A stretch of 64,000 nucleotides of DNA from an uncultured Thermoplasmata archaeon (GCA_963730815.1 CAVSTD010000011.1:117470-181469), one strand, 5' to 3'. Shown: positions 8,725 through 18,964, numbered from the stretch's first letter. The notes: generated from the sequence alone by a model not told the origin. Made by a program: numbers and translations.

Positions 8725-9659
8725 CCGGAACCCCGTCCGATGAGTCCGTGAGTTTCGAAGTACCGGAGGAAGCCCTGCGCAGCGAGCTCGTAGCCGGAGA
8801 TGATCGATTCCCGGTCGGTCGGGTCCGAAGCGGCGGCGCTCGCGGCGTCGTACGCTTTCAACCGACCGGTGATGAAGTCGGCGTCTGCTTTCTCCCGCGC
8901 AGCCACGAGCGCGACATCTCGCCACTGCTCCACGATGGTCCGATACCGGAGGAGGTCCTCCGCGCCATCCGGACTCGGGCCGAAGTGACTAAAGAGCACG
9001 AGTTTCGGCTCGGTCTGCCGCATTACTTCGAGGCTCGCGAAGAGTTGCTCAAGGTCCAGGTCGGGGGGCGGGACGGCCGGTCGGAGGTGGGAAGAATGCT
9101 CCAGTCGGACGCCCGCACCGTCCCCCGTGAAGATACCCCGAAGGGCCGTATCGAAGAACGCGAGGTGATGTTTCGCGTGGCCGGGAGTCGCGAGCACCTG
9201 AAGTTCTCCATGGTCCAAGGGGAACCGCTCCCCGCCCTCCAGGGAGACGATCCTCGGGGCCGGCACTGCGACGATCGTCCCCCAGAGTCGGTCGGAGGCC
9301 GCCCCCCAGGCGCGCCGCGCGCTGGCCACGAGTCGGGTCGGGTCGACCAAGTGAGGGACCCCCAGGGCGTGGGCGTAGAAGGTTGCGTTCGGAAACATCC
9401 CCACGAGAGCCCCCATCCCCCCCGCGTGGTCGAGGTGGATATGGGTGACGAAGACTCGACGCACCTCTTCGGGGGAGACTCCGGCCCGTGCCACCCCCGC
9501 AAGCAACGCCTCCCGACAGGTGGACGGTCCGGTTTCGACGAGCGTCCACCCGCCCTCCTGGGGAAGAAGATAGGAGGCGACCAGTCCCTCGGTGTCCCGG
9601 AAATCGAGGTCGAGCAGTTGTCGCCCCTGTCCGAGCTCCAAGACACGGGGAACGGTCAT
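8721..9659 (-). CDS. MBL-fold metallo-hydrolase
   Basis: 312 aa with the THIHLDHAGG (HxHxDH) motif and a downstream TPGH. Confidence 0.85.
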   Translation of the reverse strand: MTVPRVLELGQGRQLLDLDFRDTEGLVASYLLPQEGGWTLVETGPSTCREALLAGVARAGVSPEEVRRVFVTHIHLDHAGGMGALVGMFPNATFYAHALGVPHLVDPTRLVASARRAWGAASDRLWGTIVAVPAPRIVSLEGGERFPLDHGELQVLATPGHAKHHLAFFDTALRGIFTGDGAGVRLEHSSHLRPAVPPPDLDLEQLFASLEVMRQTEPKLVLFSHFGPSPDGAEDLLRYRTIVEQWRDVALVAAREKADADFITGRLKAYDAASAAASDPTDRESIISGYELAAQGFLRYFETHGLIGRGSG

Positions 9660-9669
9660 GGGCGCGCCG

Positions 9670-10377
9670 TCACCAGGCTAGGAACGGCGATCCGTAGGAA
9701 TAGAACGCCGCGTAGCTCACGCCGAGAAATGCCGCGGACCCGACGAAGGCGGCGACCCACCGACCCGCGCCCCATCGGAATACCTTCGCCCCATCCAGGG
9801 GGCCCAGTGGGAGTAGATTGAACGTCGCGAACAACGTGTTGATCAGGGCGAGAAAGAGCAGCGCGCCCGCAGCGGGGGAATTGTACCGGAAGGTCACGAG
9901 CGACGCCAGGTAGAAGCCGGTCGCAAAGAGTAGGTTCGAGACCGGACCCGCCACGCCCGTCTGTCCCCATCCCCGAAGGTCCCTCGGGTCCATGCCGTTC
10001 ACCATCGTCGCCCCCGGCGCAGCAAAGAGGAATCCACTCAGCGACGTGAGTACCGATAGGAATAGTCCGAACGGCCACATCCGGAACTCCGCCCAGTATC
10101 CCAATCGTCGGGCCACGAGCTTGTGCGCCAGTTCGTGAGCGATGAATCCCGTGAGCGCGGCAGCCGCCGCCAGAAGGACGAAGAAGACCGAGATCGGTGC
10201 GAAGAGACCCGTCGAACCGACCAAGAGGCCTCGGCCGCTCAGAATGATGACGAGGTCGAACGTCAGCACAAGAAATGCGATCGTGATGTGGATGAGCTCG
10301 GTGCGTGAGGTAGGGTGCGTGGCCAACGGGGGAGCCGCGGGAGTCCAAACGCTGTACGTGTACGGACCCCCGCTCAT
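9670..10377 (-). CDS. site-2 protease family (M50) membrane metalloprotease
   Basis: 235 aa, multi-TM, with HELAH zinc motif and NLLPLGPLDG. Confidence 0.85.
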   Translation of the reverse strand: MSGGPYTYSVWTPAAPPLATHPTSRTELIHITIAFLVLTFDLVIILSGRGLLVGSTGLFAPISVFFVLLAAAAALTGFIAHELAHKLVARRLGYWAEFRMWPFGLFLSVLTSLSGFLFAAPGATMVNGMDPRDLRGWGQTGVAGPVSNLLFATGFYLASLVTFRYNSPAAGALLFLALINTLFATFNLLPLGPLDGAKVFRWGAGRWVAAFVGSAAFLGVSYAAFYSYGSPFLAW

Positions 10378-11276
10378 CCGACCACCGTCGTCGGGAGGAG
10401 GTCGATCCGTTCGACCGGCATGGGTCCTCGAGGCGAGTCGCCGTGGAGCAGGTCCCGGATGAGCTCGATTCCGTCAGCGAGCCGCGGACCCGGGCGACTG
10501 AAGTGGGCCTCGTCGGCCACGAAGGTCCCCAACGGCGGGCGGACCGAGAGAACTTCGGACCGCAGGGCCGATTGCCCGAGCTCCCGGTTCGTGCGCTCCA
10601 CTGAGAAGCTGCAGGGACTCACGACCACAAGGTCGGGCGCTTGGCGGGCGAGCTCGGCCCAGCTGGTCCGAGCTCCGGGTTCGGCCGTTTTCGGCCCGAG
10701 CGGATCGCCTCCTGCGGCCTCGATAATGTCGGGAGTCCAGAGGCCCGCGAGAATCGGAGGGTCGAGCCATTCAACGACCGCCACCTTGCGTCCGGTCCGA
10801 GGCCCAGCTCGCGAGCGCTCTCTCAGCGAATGGGCCAGCCTCCGGCCCCGATCGCGCTCTCCGAGCGCGTCACCCACCGTTTCGACGGTCGCCCATACCT
10901 GGCCGAGGTTCGTCGGCGTGAGCGCGACCACGCGGGGACGGACGCCGGCCTTCTCGCACGCGGCGGCGACCTCTTCCTCCGTGACCGAGCAGACTCCGCA
11001 GAGGTCCTGGGTCAGAAGGAGGTCGGGGGCCAAAAGCTGGAGGAGACCCACATCCAGCTCGTATAGACTCTCGTTGCGGGAACGCGCCCCTCGCACTCGA
11101 GCGTCGATCTCTCGCGAGGGTCGTTCACTGTCCCAGGTCCGGGGGCGCATGACGATCGGAATCTTCTGGACCTCGGGCGGAAAGTCACATTCCGAGCTCC
11201 GGCCGACCAGTTGCGAGCCGTGGCCTAGAGCGCAAACGATCTCGGTCGCGCTCGGCAACACCGAGATGACTCGCAT
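10374..11276 (-). CDS. BtuF/FhuD-like (periplasmic-binding-protein type 2 fold) cobalamin/siderophore-binding-like protein
   Basis: 300 aa. MRVISVLPSATEIVCALG...LVGRSSECDFP and PDLLLTQDLC resemble Peripla_BP_2. No signal peptide. The stop overlaps the M50 start by 4 nt. Confidence 0.6.
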   Translation of the reverse strand: MRVISVLPSATEIVCALGHGSQLVGRSSECDFPPEVQKIPIVMRPRTWDSERPSREIDARVRGARSRNESLYELDVGLLQLLAPDLLLTQDLCGVCSVTEEEVAAACEKAGVRPRVVALTPTNLGQVWATVETVGDALGERDRGRRLAHSLRERSRAGPRTGRKVAVVEWLDPPILAGLWTPDIIEAAGGDPLGPKTAEPGARTSWAELARQAPDLVVVSPCSFSVERTNRELGQSALRSEVLSVRPPLGTFVADEAHFSRPGPRLADGIELIRDLLHGDSPRGPMPVERIDLLPTTVVG

Positions 11277-11309
11277 CCAGCCTCCGATGGAGCGCGAGTC
11301 GGAGCCGGC

Positions 11310-12452
11310 TTACTTACGTTTGCGGACGGTCGGCCGCTTCTCCGCCCCCGAATTCGTTGGAAGAGCGGGCGGGGGCGCACGAGTCTTCTTGGGTGTGGAT
11401 TGTTTCGGGGTCGGGGTGCGGGCCTTCGCACGGGAAGGGCGTTTCTTGACCGTCGTGACAGGGAGGGAGGGTGCCGTCTCTTCGGCCGGAGCGGGAGGCT
11501 CGGGAGCGGGAATTCCGAGATGTTTGCAAAGGGCTACCTCTCGATCGTACGCGAGGCCGAGTCGGCGGGCTTCGATTCGTTCCTCCTCGCCCTTCGTTTT
11601 TTCTCCGGTGTGTGAAAGCGCGATCGAATGCAGGAAACGGAGCTGGGGTTCCTCGGGAGTTTTCGCGAGGAGCGCCTCGATCTCTGCTCTTGCCCCACCC
11701 CAATCGCCGAGGTCGATCAGGGCGGCGAGTAGGTGAGCCCGGACTTCGTTACGGTTCCGGTCCTCGGCGAGGAGTTTTCGATACACGGCCACTTCGTCCT
11801 TGGGCCGGGCTCGGGCTCCGAGGACGGCGCCCTTTCCGAGGCGGGCGTCGACGTCCTCCGGTCGAATCGAGAGGACCTCGTCAAACGTCCGGTCCGCGTC
11901 GTCGAGGAGGCCGAGTCCGAGCAGGGAGCGGCCGATTCCGATCTTCGCCGGCATGAAACCCGGCTTGAGGTCGGAGGCCTGGCGATAAAACCTCAGGGCG
12001 AGAGCCGGGACGCCCCAGTCGAGCCACGACCGGGCGCGGTGGACGACCGCATCGAGCTGCTGGGCGCTCGGAAGGAGACGGCGCATTTCCTTGGCGGGCA
12101 AGGGGCGAGGCTCCTCGCCCAGGTACGTCTCCAGTCCCAGCTGCCGAACGAGCTCCGCGAATCGGGCTCCCTCGACGGTGGTCCCGCCGTGCCCGGCGAT
12201 CTCCTGAGAGAAAGCGAGCGGGAGATGGCCCGGGGTCAGGACGACCAGGCGGGCGAGCACGCTGCCCTGGTCGCCGAGCAGCTGGCGGATCGTTTCGAGC
12301 GAGACGGTGTTCGGGTCTTCGAGGAAGGAGTATAGGAATCCGTCGCTCGTCCGAAGCGTAAGACCTTCGGGGGTCGGCTTGGCCGCATCCAGCCGCTGAC
12401 CCATTGCCTCTACGACCGCGCTCGAGAGCGTGATGAACGGAGCGGACGCCAT
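11310..12452 (-). CDS. TPR-repeat protein with Lys/Pro-rich basic C-terminal tail
   Basis: 380 aa with TPR-like helical repeats in the middle. The tail reads KKRPSRAKARTPTPKQSTPKKTRAPPP...RKRK. Confidence 0.6.
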   Translation of the reverse strand: MASAPFITLSSAVVEAMGQRLDAAKPTPEGLTLRTSDGFLYSFLEDPNTVSLETIRQLLGDQGSVLARLVVLTPGHLPLAFSQEIAGHGGTTVEGARFAELVRQLGLETYLGEEPRPLPAKEMRRLLPSAQQLDAVVHRARSWLDWGVPALALRFYRQASDLKPGFMPAKIGIGRSLLGLGLLDDADRTFDEVLSIRPEDVDARLGKGAVLGARARPKDEVAVYRKLLAEDRNRNEVRAHLLAALIDLGDWGGARAEIEALLAKTPEEPQLRFLHSIALSHTGEKTKGEEERIEARRLGLAYDREVALCKHLGIPAPEPPAPAEETAPSLPVTTVKKRPSRAKARTPTPKQSTPKKTRAPPPALPTNSGAEKRPTVRKRK

Positions 12453-12475
12453 CGCGTCGGCGAACGCCCGGTCCG

Positions 12476-12483
12476 TTAAATAG
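12476..12483 (+). promoter_or_regulatory. putative TATA box for the polyprenyl synthase gene (leaderless spacing)
   Basis: TTAAATAG ends 25 nt before GTG 12508. Confidence 0.4.
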
Positions 12484-12507
12484 CATGGATGTCCAGATGC
12501 ACCTGCC

Positions 12508-13569
12508 GTGGACCTCGCCGCCCTCTACCGCTTTCTGCCGTCGCTCGAAGGCGAACTGAACCTTTCCTACCGCCGAGCAAGTCGTTCCGCTCCCAACGCG
12601 GTCCGACCGTATCTCGAAGTCAACCGCGAGTTCACCTTGCGGGGCGGCAAGCGGTTTCGAGCGATTCTCGTCCTCGCCGGGCACTATCTCGCCACGGGGC
12701 GAAACCCCCGCCCCGCCCTCCGCGCGGCCGCGGGTCTCGAGCATTTCCAGAGTTGGATGCTGATCCACGACGACATCATCGACCACGCGGAAGAGCGCCG
12801 GGGCGGCCCGACCGTCCACCGCGCCGCCGCGCAGACCCACCGACGCGAACGTCGGGAGGGCTCGAGCGAGGATTATGGCGTCGGAATCGGGATCACCCTC
12901 GGGGACGTCGAAGAGCCGTTCGTGGTCGAATCCTTGCTTTCCTCGCGAGTTGCCTCGAGCGCACGTTTGGCCGCGCTCGAGGAATACGTGCGTATGACAC
13001 GGCTCACCGCGTTCGGACAGCTCCTCGACATTCGCAACGGCGTGCTCGACCCGGGGTCGGTTCGCGAGGAGGACGTCCTGGCGGTCCACCGGTACAAGTC
13101 GGCGATCTACACGGTCGTCTCCCCCCTCAAGATCGGAGCTCTCCTCGGAGGGCGAGCGGACCGCTCGCTGCGCGACCTCGAAAGATTCGGTACGAACATC
13201 GGGATCGCCTTCCAACTCCGGGACGACGTCCTCGGAGCGGGTTTCGATGCGGACGAGTCCGGGAAGAGCTCGAACGACCTCGTCGAAGGGAAACGGACTC
13301 TCCTCGTGGTGAAGGCGTGGGAGAAAGGAACCGAGGCCGATCGGTCCCGATTGTCCCGTGTGCTCGGAAACGCCCAGGCGGCGCCCGAGGACGTCGAACG
13401 AGCGAGGAACGTGATTCGCGATACGGGTAGTTTGGGCTATTCCGAACAGCGGATCGACGAGCTTACCCGGGCCGCAGTGCGCTGCGTCGAACGCAGTCGA
13501 ACGATCCCGACCCGGAGCAAAGCGTTGCTCCGGGAAGTATCGGACCGGCTCGTCCGTCGAAGGGTCTGA
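12508..13569 (+). CDS. polyprenyl (geranylgeranyl) diphosphate synthase
   Basis: 353 aa. First Asp-rich motif LIHDDIIDHAEERRG; second motif FQLRDDVLG. Confidence 0.9.
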   Translation: MDLAALYRFLPSLEGELNLSYRRASRSAPNAVRPYLEVNREFTLRGGKRFRAILVLAGHYLATGRNPRPALRAAAGLEHFQSWMLIHDDIIDHAEERRGGPTVHRAAAQTHRRERREGSSEDYGVGIGITLGDVEEPFVVESLLSSRVASSARLAALEEYVRMTRLTAFGQLLDIRNGVLDPGSVREEDVLAVHRYKSAIYTVVSPLKIGALLGGRADRSLRDLERFGTNIGIAFQLRDDVLGAGFDADESGKSSNDLVEGKRTLLVVKAWEKGTEADRSRLSRVLGNAQAAPEDVERARNVIRDTGSLGYSEQRIDELTRAAVRCVERSRTIPTRSKALLREVSDRLVRRRV

Positions 13570-13576
13570 ATCGGGC

Positions 13577-13957
13577 CTAGCTCTCGGGTTCGGTGGAGCT
13601 CTGCGTCGCCACGCCTGCGGCTTGGAGGGCCTGAGTGAGGTCCTGCTGCATCGAGGTGTAGCGTTCCTTGAGGTGATTTTCCTGTCGCTCGACCGCCTTC
13701 AGCCGAACTTCGGCCGTTTCCTTCTCCTCGGTCAGGAGGTCCTCGACCTCCTTGCGATTCTTCGCCCGGACGAGTAGGCCCCCGATCGGGCGATAGACCA
13801 CCGCGTCCTCAGGCAGGGTCTTGAGCTCCTCGAGGGTGTGGGTCACCTCGCGGAGTTTTAGGTCGACTTGAAGGCGCTGTTGCTGGATCGCTCCGAGCTC
13901 CTGCTGCAGTCGCTGGAACTGACGGATGTCGTTTTGGAGCTTCGCCGGTAGTGCCAC
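13577..13957 (-). CDS. pfdB: prefoldin subunit beta
   Basis: GTG 13957 gives MALPAKLQNDIRQFQRLQQELGAIQQQRLQVDLKLREVTHTLEELKTL...VYRPIGGLLVRA, a typical coiled-coil / beta-hairpin / coiled-coil. The ORF-track extension to 14266 is Pro/Arg-rich noise overlapping pcc1. Confidence 0.85.
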   Translation of the reverse strand: MALPAKLQNDIRQFQRLQQELGAIQQQRLQVDLKLREVTHTLEELKTLPEDAVVYRPIGGLLVRAKNRKEVEDLLTEEKETAEVRLKAVERQENHLKERYTSMQQDLTQALQAAGVATQSSTEPES

Positions 13958-14016
13958 GGCCGAGGTGACCGACCGTCTCAGATAAGCGCTTCGGAAGTCG
14001 GTTCGGCTCGGCCGCC

Positions 14017-14286
14017 TTACCTCGACCGGTCGGCCGCTTGGGCCGTCGCGAGCGAAAGGTGGATCCAGCCCAAGTAGGTGTTGAGAGCGGCTCGCATCGC
14101 CCCCGAATCGCGGGCTGAGACCGTGAGCTCGAGGGTGTCCTCCTGGGTGCGATGGAGTTCCGCCCGGGCTCGGGGTACTTCGCGTGACGCTTCGGGACGG
14201 AGGGCTTGCTCGAGCCAGTCCGTCACGGAGGGTTTCCGGCACCGCACCGTGACCGAAGCCGTCCACGCGAAGGCGGGTTCCGTCAT
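14017..14286 (-). CDS. pcc1: KEOPS complex subunit Pcc1
   Basis: 89 aa. ...LELTVSARDSGAMRAALNTYLGWIHLSLA matches the Pcc1/CTAG signature (A.D..aLRAalNsyl.wi). Its start overlaps the purB stop. Confidence 0.7.
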   Translation of the reverse strand: MTEPAFAWTASVTVRCRKPSVTDWLEQALRPEASREVPRARAELHRTQEDTLELTVSARDSGAMRAALNTYLGWIHLSLATAQAADRSR

Positions 14287-15650
14287 TTTGCGAGACGGCG
14301 GTGAAGCTCCGCGACGATCCGGTCGGTCTTCGTCGCCGCCGAGAGAACGTAGCTGGCCGGATCGAGAAGACCTTCGATCTCCGAGGGAGAAAGATGAGAC
14401 CGGATGGACGGGTTCGCCTTCGCGCGTTCGACGAGACCCGGGCCGTGCGCCACGTCGGACGTGAGTGTCCGCAGGAGTTCGTGCGCTTCCGAGCGAGCCA
14501 GTCCTTTCGAAGTGAGTGCGAGCATCAAGTTCTCCGTCATGGCACCTCCTCCGGAGCGGGCGAGTTCGGCGGCCATGCGCTCGGAATTGACGTGCAAGCC
14601 CTCGAAGACTTCGGTCAATTTCGTCAGAAGGTCGTCGGTGAGAACCACGGCGTGCGGCAGAACGATCCGCTCGTTCGCCGAATTGGCGAGGTCCCGCTCA
14701 TGCCATTGGACCATGTTCTCGAGCGGGGGAAGCGCGAAAGCCCGGACGAGTCGAGCGAGACTGGTGACATTCTCCGAGACCACCGGGTTTCGCTTCTGGG
14801 CCATCGTGGAACTTCCTACTTGATTCGCCTCGTCGAAAGCCTCCGCGACCTCGCCGATCTCGGTGCGCTGGAGGTTGCGAACCTCGGTGGAGAGCCGCTC
14901 GGCGGTGGAGGCGACCAGCGCCAAGAAATTCGTGAACTCCGCAATCCGGTCCCGGCCCACGATCTGCGTCGGAGCCTCGTCCGCGCTCAGTCCGAGTCGA
15001 CCCATCACGCGGCCCTCGACCTCCGCCGCGTGAGCTCCGAAGCCCGCGCCGGTGCCGACCGCACCCGCCATTTTTCCAACGGCCAGCCGTGGGAGCAGTT
15101 GGTCCAGCCGGTCGCGATGCCGAGCCACTTCCGCGGCCGCGACCGCGATCTTGTATCCGAAGCTGATGGGGACGCCGTGCTGGCCGTGGGTCCGGCCGAC
15201 CTCCGGCGTGGCCCGATGCTTGCGGGCGAGGTCGACCAGAGCCCGCGCGAGTCCCGTAAGGTCGTCGCGCAGGATTGCGGCGCTCTCCTTGAGTTCGAGG
15301 GCCAAAGCCGTGTCGGTGATGTCGGCGCTGGTCGCACCAAAGTGGACCCATCGTCCGGCGGGACCCGCCGCTTCCGCGAGGGCCCGGGTGACGGCCATGA
15401 CGTCGTGGCGTAGGGTACGTTCCAGCTCGTCGACTCGATGGACCGAGACCCGCGAGACGTTGGCCACCTTATCGATCGCTTCGGCGGCCTCGGTTGGAAT
15501 CATGCCGAGGTCCGCTTCCGAGAGCGCGAGCGCGGCCTCGACGCGGAGCGCTCGATTCAATCGCGCCCCCCGCGAAAAGAGCTCGCGGACCGGTGCGCGG
15601 CCGTATCGGAACTCGAGCGGGCAGAAGAGGGACTCCACCTCGTCCGTCAC
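14283..15650 (-). CDS. purB: adenylosuccinate lyase
   Basis: Fumarate-lyase family: CPLEFRYG..., GSSTMAQKRNP signature. I prefer GTG 15650 because a TATA box lies about 25 nt upstream. The ORF-track start 15719 is the alternative. Confidence 0.9.
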   Translation of the reverse strand: MTDEVESLFCPLEFRYGRAPVRELFSRGARLNRALRVEAALALSEADLGMIPTEAAEAIDKVANVSRVSVHRVDELERTLRHDVMAVTRALAEAAGPAGRWVHFGATSADITDTALALELKESAAILRDDLTGLARALVDLARKHRATPEVGRTHGQHGVPISFGYKIAVAAAEVARHRDRLDQLLPRLAVGKMAGAVGTGAGFGAHAAEVEGRVMGRLGLSADEAPTQIVGRDRIAEFTNFLALVASTAERLSTEVRNLQRTEIGEVAEAFDEANQVGSSTMAQKRNPVVSENVTSLARLVRAFALPPLENMVQWHERDLANSANERIVLPHAVVLTDDLLTKLTEVFEGLHVNSERMAAELARSGGGAMTENLMLALTSKGLARSEAHELLRTLTSDVAHGPGLVERAKANPSIRSHLSPSEIEGLLDPASYVLSAATKTDRIVAELHRRLAK

Positions 15651-15671
15651 ACCCGGAGACCCGCCGCTGGG

Positions 15672-15679
15672 TATATATT
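15672..15679 (-). promoter_or_regulatory. putative TATA box for purB-pcc1-pfdB
   Basis: TATATATT, a rare AT block in a GC-rich context, lies 22-29 nt upstream of GTG 15650 on the minus strand. Confidence 0.45.
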
Positions 15680-15769
15680 CGTAATTGGCCCGCACGGGCT
15701 GCCGCTTCGTCGAGCGCATTCCACCGCCGAGCTATTCAGGCCGGTCCGAGATGGCCGAAAGGGCGTTCG

Positions 15770-16723
15770 ATGACGGGGATTCTGGTGGCCCTGGGAGGGA
15801 ACGCCCTGCACCGGGCCGGTGGGCGGGGCTCGTGGGAGGAGGCCCGGTCCCAGATGCATCAAACGGTCACGGTGCTCGCCGAGATCGCCGCGGGCGGAGA
15901 GATCCTGGTCCTCTCCCACGGGAACGGACCCCAAGTAGGCGCGCTCCTGCGCCAGAACGAGCTCGCCGCCCGGGAGATACCCCCTCGACCGATGGACGTC
16001 CTGGGGGCTGAGACGCAGGGACAGATCGGCTATCTGATCCAGACCGAGCTAACCCCTGCGCTGCGTCGACGAAAAGTCGACCGGTCGGTACTTACGGTCA
16101 TCAGTCGAACCGAGGTCTCGGCCGACGACCCCGCCTTCCTTCATCCGTCGAAGCCTGTGGGCCGGTACTACCCCGAGGACGAAGCACGGGTGCTGCGAAA
16201 GCAATTCGGTTGGGCGATGCATTATGACGGAACCCGAGGGGGTTGGCGACGCATCGTTCCCTCTCCGCGGCCGGTGCGGTGGCTCGAGGGATCCGCCGTT
16301 CGTTCGCTGCTCGAATCGGGTCTCGGTACCCGGTGGATCCCGGTCGTCGCCGGGGGCGGAGGGATTCCGGTCGTTCGAAAGCCGGACGGAACGTACGAGG
16401 GAGTGGAGGCGGTGATCGACAAGGACCTGGCGGCCTCTCTGGTCGGAAGGGATCTCGGAGTGGACACCCTCGCCATCGTGACGGACGTTCCGGGGGCCGC
16501 GATCGCTTTCGGAAAGCGAGGGGAACGTTGGCTAGCCCAAGTCTCCCGAGGGGAACTTTCTGACTATCTCAAGCGCGGAGAGTTCGAGGATGGTTCCATG
16601 GGACCGAAGGTCGCGGCGGGGCTCGAGTTTCTCGAGGGGGGCGGCCGACGTTTCATCATCACGGACATTCCCTCGCTCGCGCGAGCGCTCCGAGGGGATG
16701 CCGGAACGCGAGTGGAAGGCTAG
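15770..16723 (+). CDS. arcC: carbamate kinase
   Basis: MTGILVALGGNAL...LSHGNGPQVG...GGGGIPV...VIDKDLA. ATG 15770 is in frame within ORF 15494..16723. Confidence 0.9.
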   Translation: MTGILVALGGNALHRAGGRGSWEEARSQMHQTVTVLAEIAAGGEILVLSHGNGPQVGALLRQNELAAREIPPRPMDVLGAETQGQIGYLIQTELTPALRRRKVDRSVLTVISRTEVSADDPAFLHPSKPVGRYYPEDEARVLRKQFGWAMHYDGTRGGWRRIVPSPRPVRWLEGSAVRSLLESGLGTRWIPVVAGGGGIPVVRKPDGTYEGVEAVIDKDLAASLVGRDLGVDTLAIVTDVPGAAIAFGKRGERWLAQVSRGELSDYLKRGEFEDGSMGPKVAAGLEFLEGGGRRFIITDIPSLARALRGDAGTRVEG

Positions 16724-17484
16724 CGCCCCGAACGAGCCTGCTTTCGCAGCAGGGTCGATACGCCGGTTCCGTACTGAAGCGCCTTCTTCGGACGGTCGGA
16801 AAGCTCGGCAGGAAGGCCTCGTCCGAGAGCCCACTCTCGGAAGAACCTCTTCGGCTGGTTTCCCGGCAACCGCAAATCAACCGGAACTCGGAGTGCAGCT
16901 TCCTCGAACGCACGCGACAGATACGGGGCGACAATTTCCTTTCCGGCCTTTTCAGCAATTCTTTGGGTGCGGGGCCAATCACTCTCGCGCAAACGATTGA
17001 GATCGTCGATCGAACGACGTTCCACTTCGGCGCCAATGAGGTCACGATAGTGGGCGTATCCGAAAAACAGCTCGTCCGCTCCCTGACCGCACACGAGTCG
17101 GTCGGGTCCGGCCTGTTCAATCGCCAGCGCGAGCGAGACTAGGACCTCGCGAGTGACTCTCGAAACTCCAGCAAACTCCTTCTCGAAGCGGGCGGCGGCG
17201 GCAGTGAGTTGGACCGGATCGACCGCGAGGGGCTGCCAAGGCAAACCCAAGCGGACCGCGCCCGTCCGTCCCGCGCGCAGGTCCGGGGATCCCTCCCGAC
17301 CGAGCGTGCACAGAACGACCTCGGGCCGGGTCCGGAGCTCCCACGCGAGGAGAGCCGAATCCACGCCACCCGAGAACAGGATTCCGAGGCGACCGCTGGA
17401 AGTACGCAGGGGACCGAGGGCACCGTCGAGCGCCGAATCGAGCTTCGTCCGGAGGTCTTGGATCTCCTCTCGGGGGGGTTCCAT
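16720..17484 (-). CDS. asparagine-synthase-like PP-loop ATPase (C-terminal domain only)
   Basis: MEPPREEIQDLRTKLD...GILFSGGVDSALLA...GQGADELFFGY. Start ATG 17484 (alternative 17502). The upstream part of the 473-aa ORF overlaps the divergent HAD gene. Confidence 0.75.
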   Translation of the reverse strand: MEPPREEIQDLRTKLDSALDGALGPLRTSSGRLGILFSGGVDSALLAWELRTRPEVVLCTLGREGSPDLRAGRTGAVRLGLPWQPLAVDPVQLTAAAARFEKEFAGVSRVTREVLVSLALAIEQAGPDRLVCGQGADELFFGYAHYRDLIGAEVERRSIDDLNRLRESDWPRTQRIAEKAGKEIVAPYLSRAFEEAALRVPVDLRLPGNQPKRFFREWALGRGLPAELSDRPKKALQYGTGVSTLLRKQARSGR

Positions 17485-17544
17485 CGGGCGGCAGAACGAC
17501 ATCCGAGGTTGAACCCTTATCCCGCCGACGGCTTCGCCCTCCGA

Positions 17545-18132
17545 ATGGACGACGTGGTGCGCCCGGCCGTCGGGTTCCGTCCCTTTCGACGAGCCCTCTT
17601 CGTGGACCGGGACGGCACCCTGAATCCGGACCTCCGCTACCTCAAGGAGGCCGAGCGGATCGAACTGTTCCGGGGCGTGGGGAATGCCCTCTCGCTCGCC
17701 CACGACCACGGCTACCTCGTGATCTGTGTGACGAATCAGTCGGGAGTGGAGCGAGGCCTCTACACGCGACTCGACGTCGAACGTATTCACGAACGACTGA
17801 ACAAGTTGCTGCTCCCTTATCGAGCCCGGGTCGATGCGTTCTACTACTGCCCCCACGTCCCCGAAACACACTGCGAGTGCCGAAAGCCCGGCACGCTGCT
17901 GTTCCGTCAGGCCCGGGACGACTGGAACATCGATCTCGCGTCGAGCGCAATCGTCGGCGACCGGAGCCTGGATGTCGAAGCCGGTCGAAAGCTCGGCGTC
18001 CTCACCGCCTACGTGACCCAGCCGGGGCACGGTGAGGACCCGTCCTATGCCTCGGTCCGAGAGGGAGGCGATGTCGACGTGCACGCCGGGTCGTTCTCGA
18101 GCGCTGTTCTTCGGATTCTCGCCTGCGGCTGA
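17545..18132 (+). CDS. HAD-IIIA phosphatase (heptose-1,7-bisphosphate / histidinol-phosphate phosphatase family)
   Basis: FVDRDGTLN, VTNQSG, CECRKPG and GDRSLD motifs. ATG 17545 (alternative TTG 17509). Confidence 0.8.
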   Translation: MDDVVRPAVGFRPFRRALFVDRDGTLNPDLRYLKEAERIELFRGVGNALSLAHDHGYLVICVTNQSGVERGLYTRLDVERIHERLNKLLLPYRARVDAFYYCPHVPETHCECRKPGTLLFRQARDDWNIDLASSAIVGDRSLDVEAGRKLGVLTAYVTQPGHGEDPSYASVREGGDVDVHAGSFSSAVLRILACG

Positions 18133-18181
18133 ACCCGGCATAGCGGAACCGTCTCCTCGAAGGGGTTAAACCCATCACCTG

Positions 18182-18964
18182 TTGGCGGCCGCGGGAGCTT
18201 TCACAGTGTTACCTTGGACGACGGCCCTCATTGGGGTTATCGCAACCGCGCTGCTGGCCCTCGGGGCGGTCCTCACCCGAGCGCTCACCCCCCTCGCGGG
18301 AGCCGTGGCCGCCGCGTTCGGTGTCGTGATCGTGGTGTTCGCGGGCTTTCCGTTCCTCGCCCTCGTCATCGTGTTCGTCGGCGCGAGCGTGCTCGCCACA
18401 CGCTACCGATTCGAGGAAAAGCGGCGACAGAACCTGCAGGAAGGTCGAGCGGGCGAACGCGGGGTTTCGAACGTGGTGGCCCACATCATCATCCCCACGG
18501 GACTCGCGGTCGCCGGGGGCCTCTCATCTCCGCTGCTCCCCGCCGCAGCCACCGCCGTGCTCTTCGCAAGCGCCCTCTCCTTCGGCGCGGCCGACACTTT
18601 CGCGAGCGAATTCGGAGTGCTCGCGGGCCACGCGCGCAGTATCCTCTCGGGCCGGGCGGTTCCTCCGGGGACGAACGGCGGGATCTCCCTGAACGGCGAA
18701 GTGTTCGCCCTGGCGGCCTCCGCGACGACCGCCTGTGTGGGACTCGGGTTGTTCGTCGTCTTTGCGGCGCCGCTACCGAGCCCTATTTTGTTCGTCCTGG
18801 TGGTCACAGCGGCCGGGTTCCTCGCGTGTCAGGTTGATTCGGTTCTGGGGGAGGCGTTCGAGAACCGGGGGATTCTCACAAAGGGTTCGACGAACTTCCT
18901 CGGAATGTTGACCGCGGTGGTCTTCGCAGGGGGAGTTCTCCTCCTGGCGGGGGTTCCTCTGTGA
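18182..18964 (+). CDS. DUF92 (TIGR00297) family integral membrane protein
   Basis: 260 aa, multi-TM, with GAADTFASEFG and GTNGGISLNG motifs typical of DUF92/TMEM19. TTG start; GTG 18206 is an alternative. Confidence 0.7.
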   Translation: MAAAGAFTVLPWTTALIGVIATALLALGAVLTRALTPLAGAVAAAFGVVIVVFAGFPFLALVIVFVGASVLATRYRFEEKRRQNLQEGRAGERGVSNVVAHIIIPTGLAVAGGLSSPLLPAAATAVLFASALSFGAADTFASEFGVLAGHARSILSGRAVPPGTNGGISLNGEVFALAASATTACVGLGLFVVFAAPLPSPILFVLVVTAAGFLACQVDSVLGEAFENRGILTKGSTNFLGMLTAVVFAGGVLLLAGVPL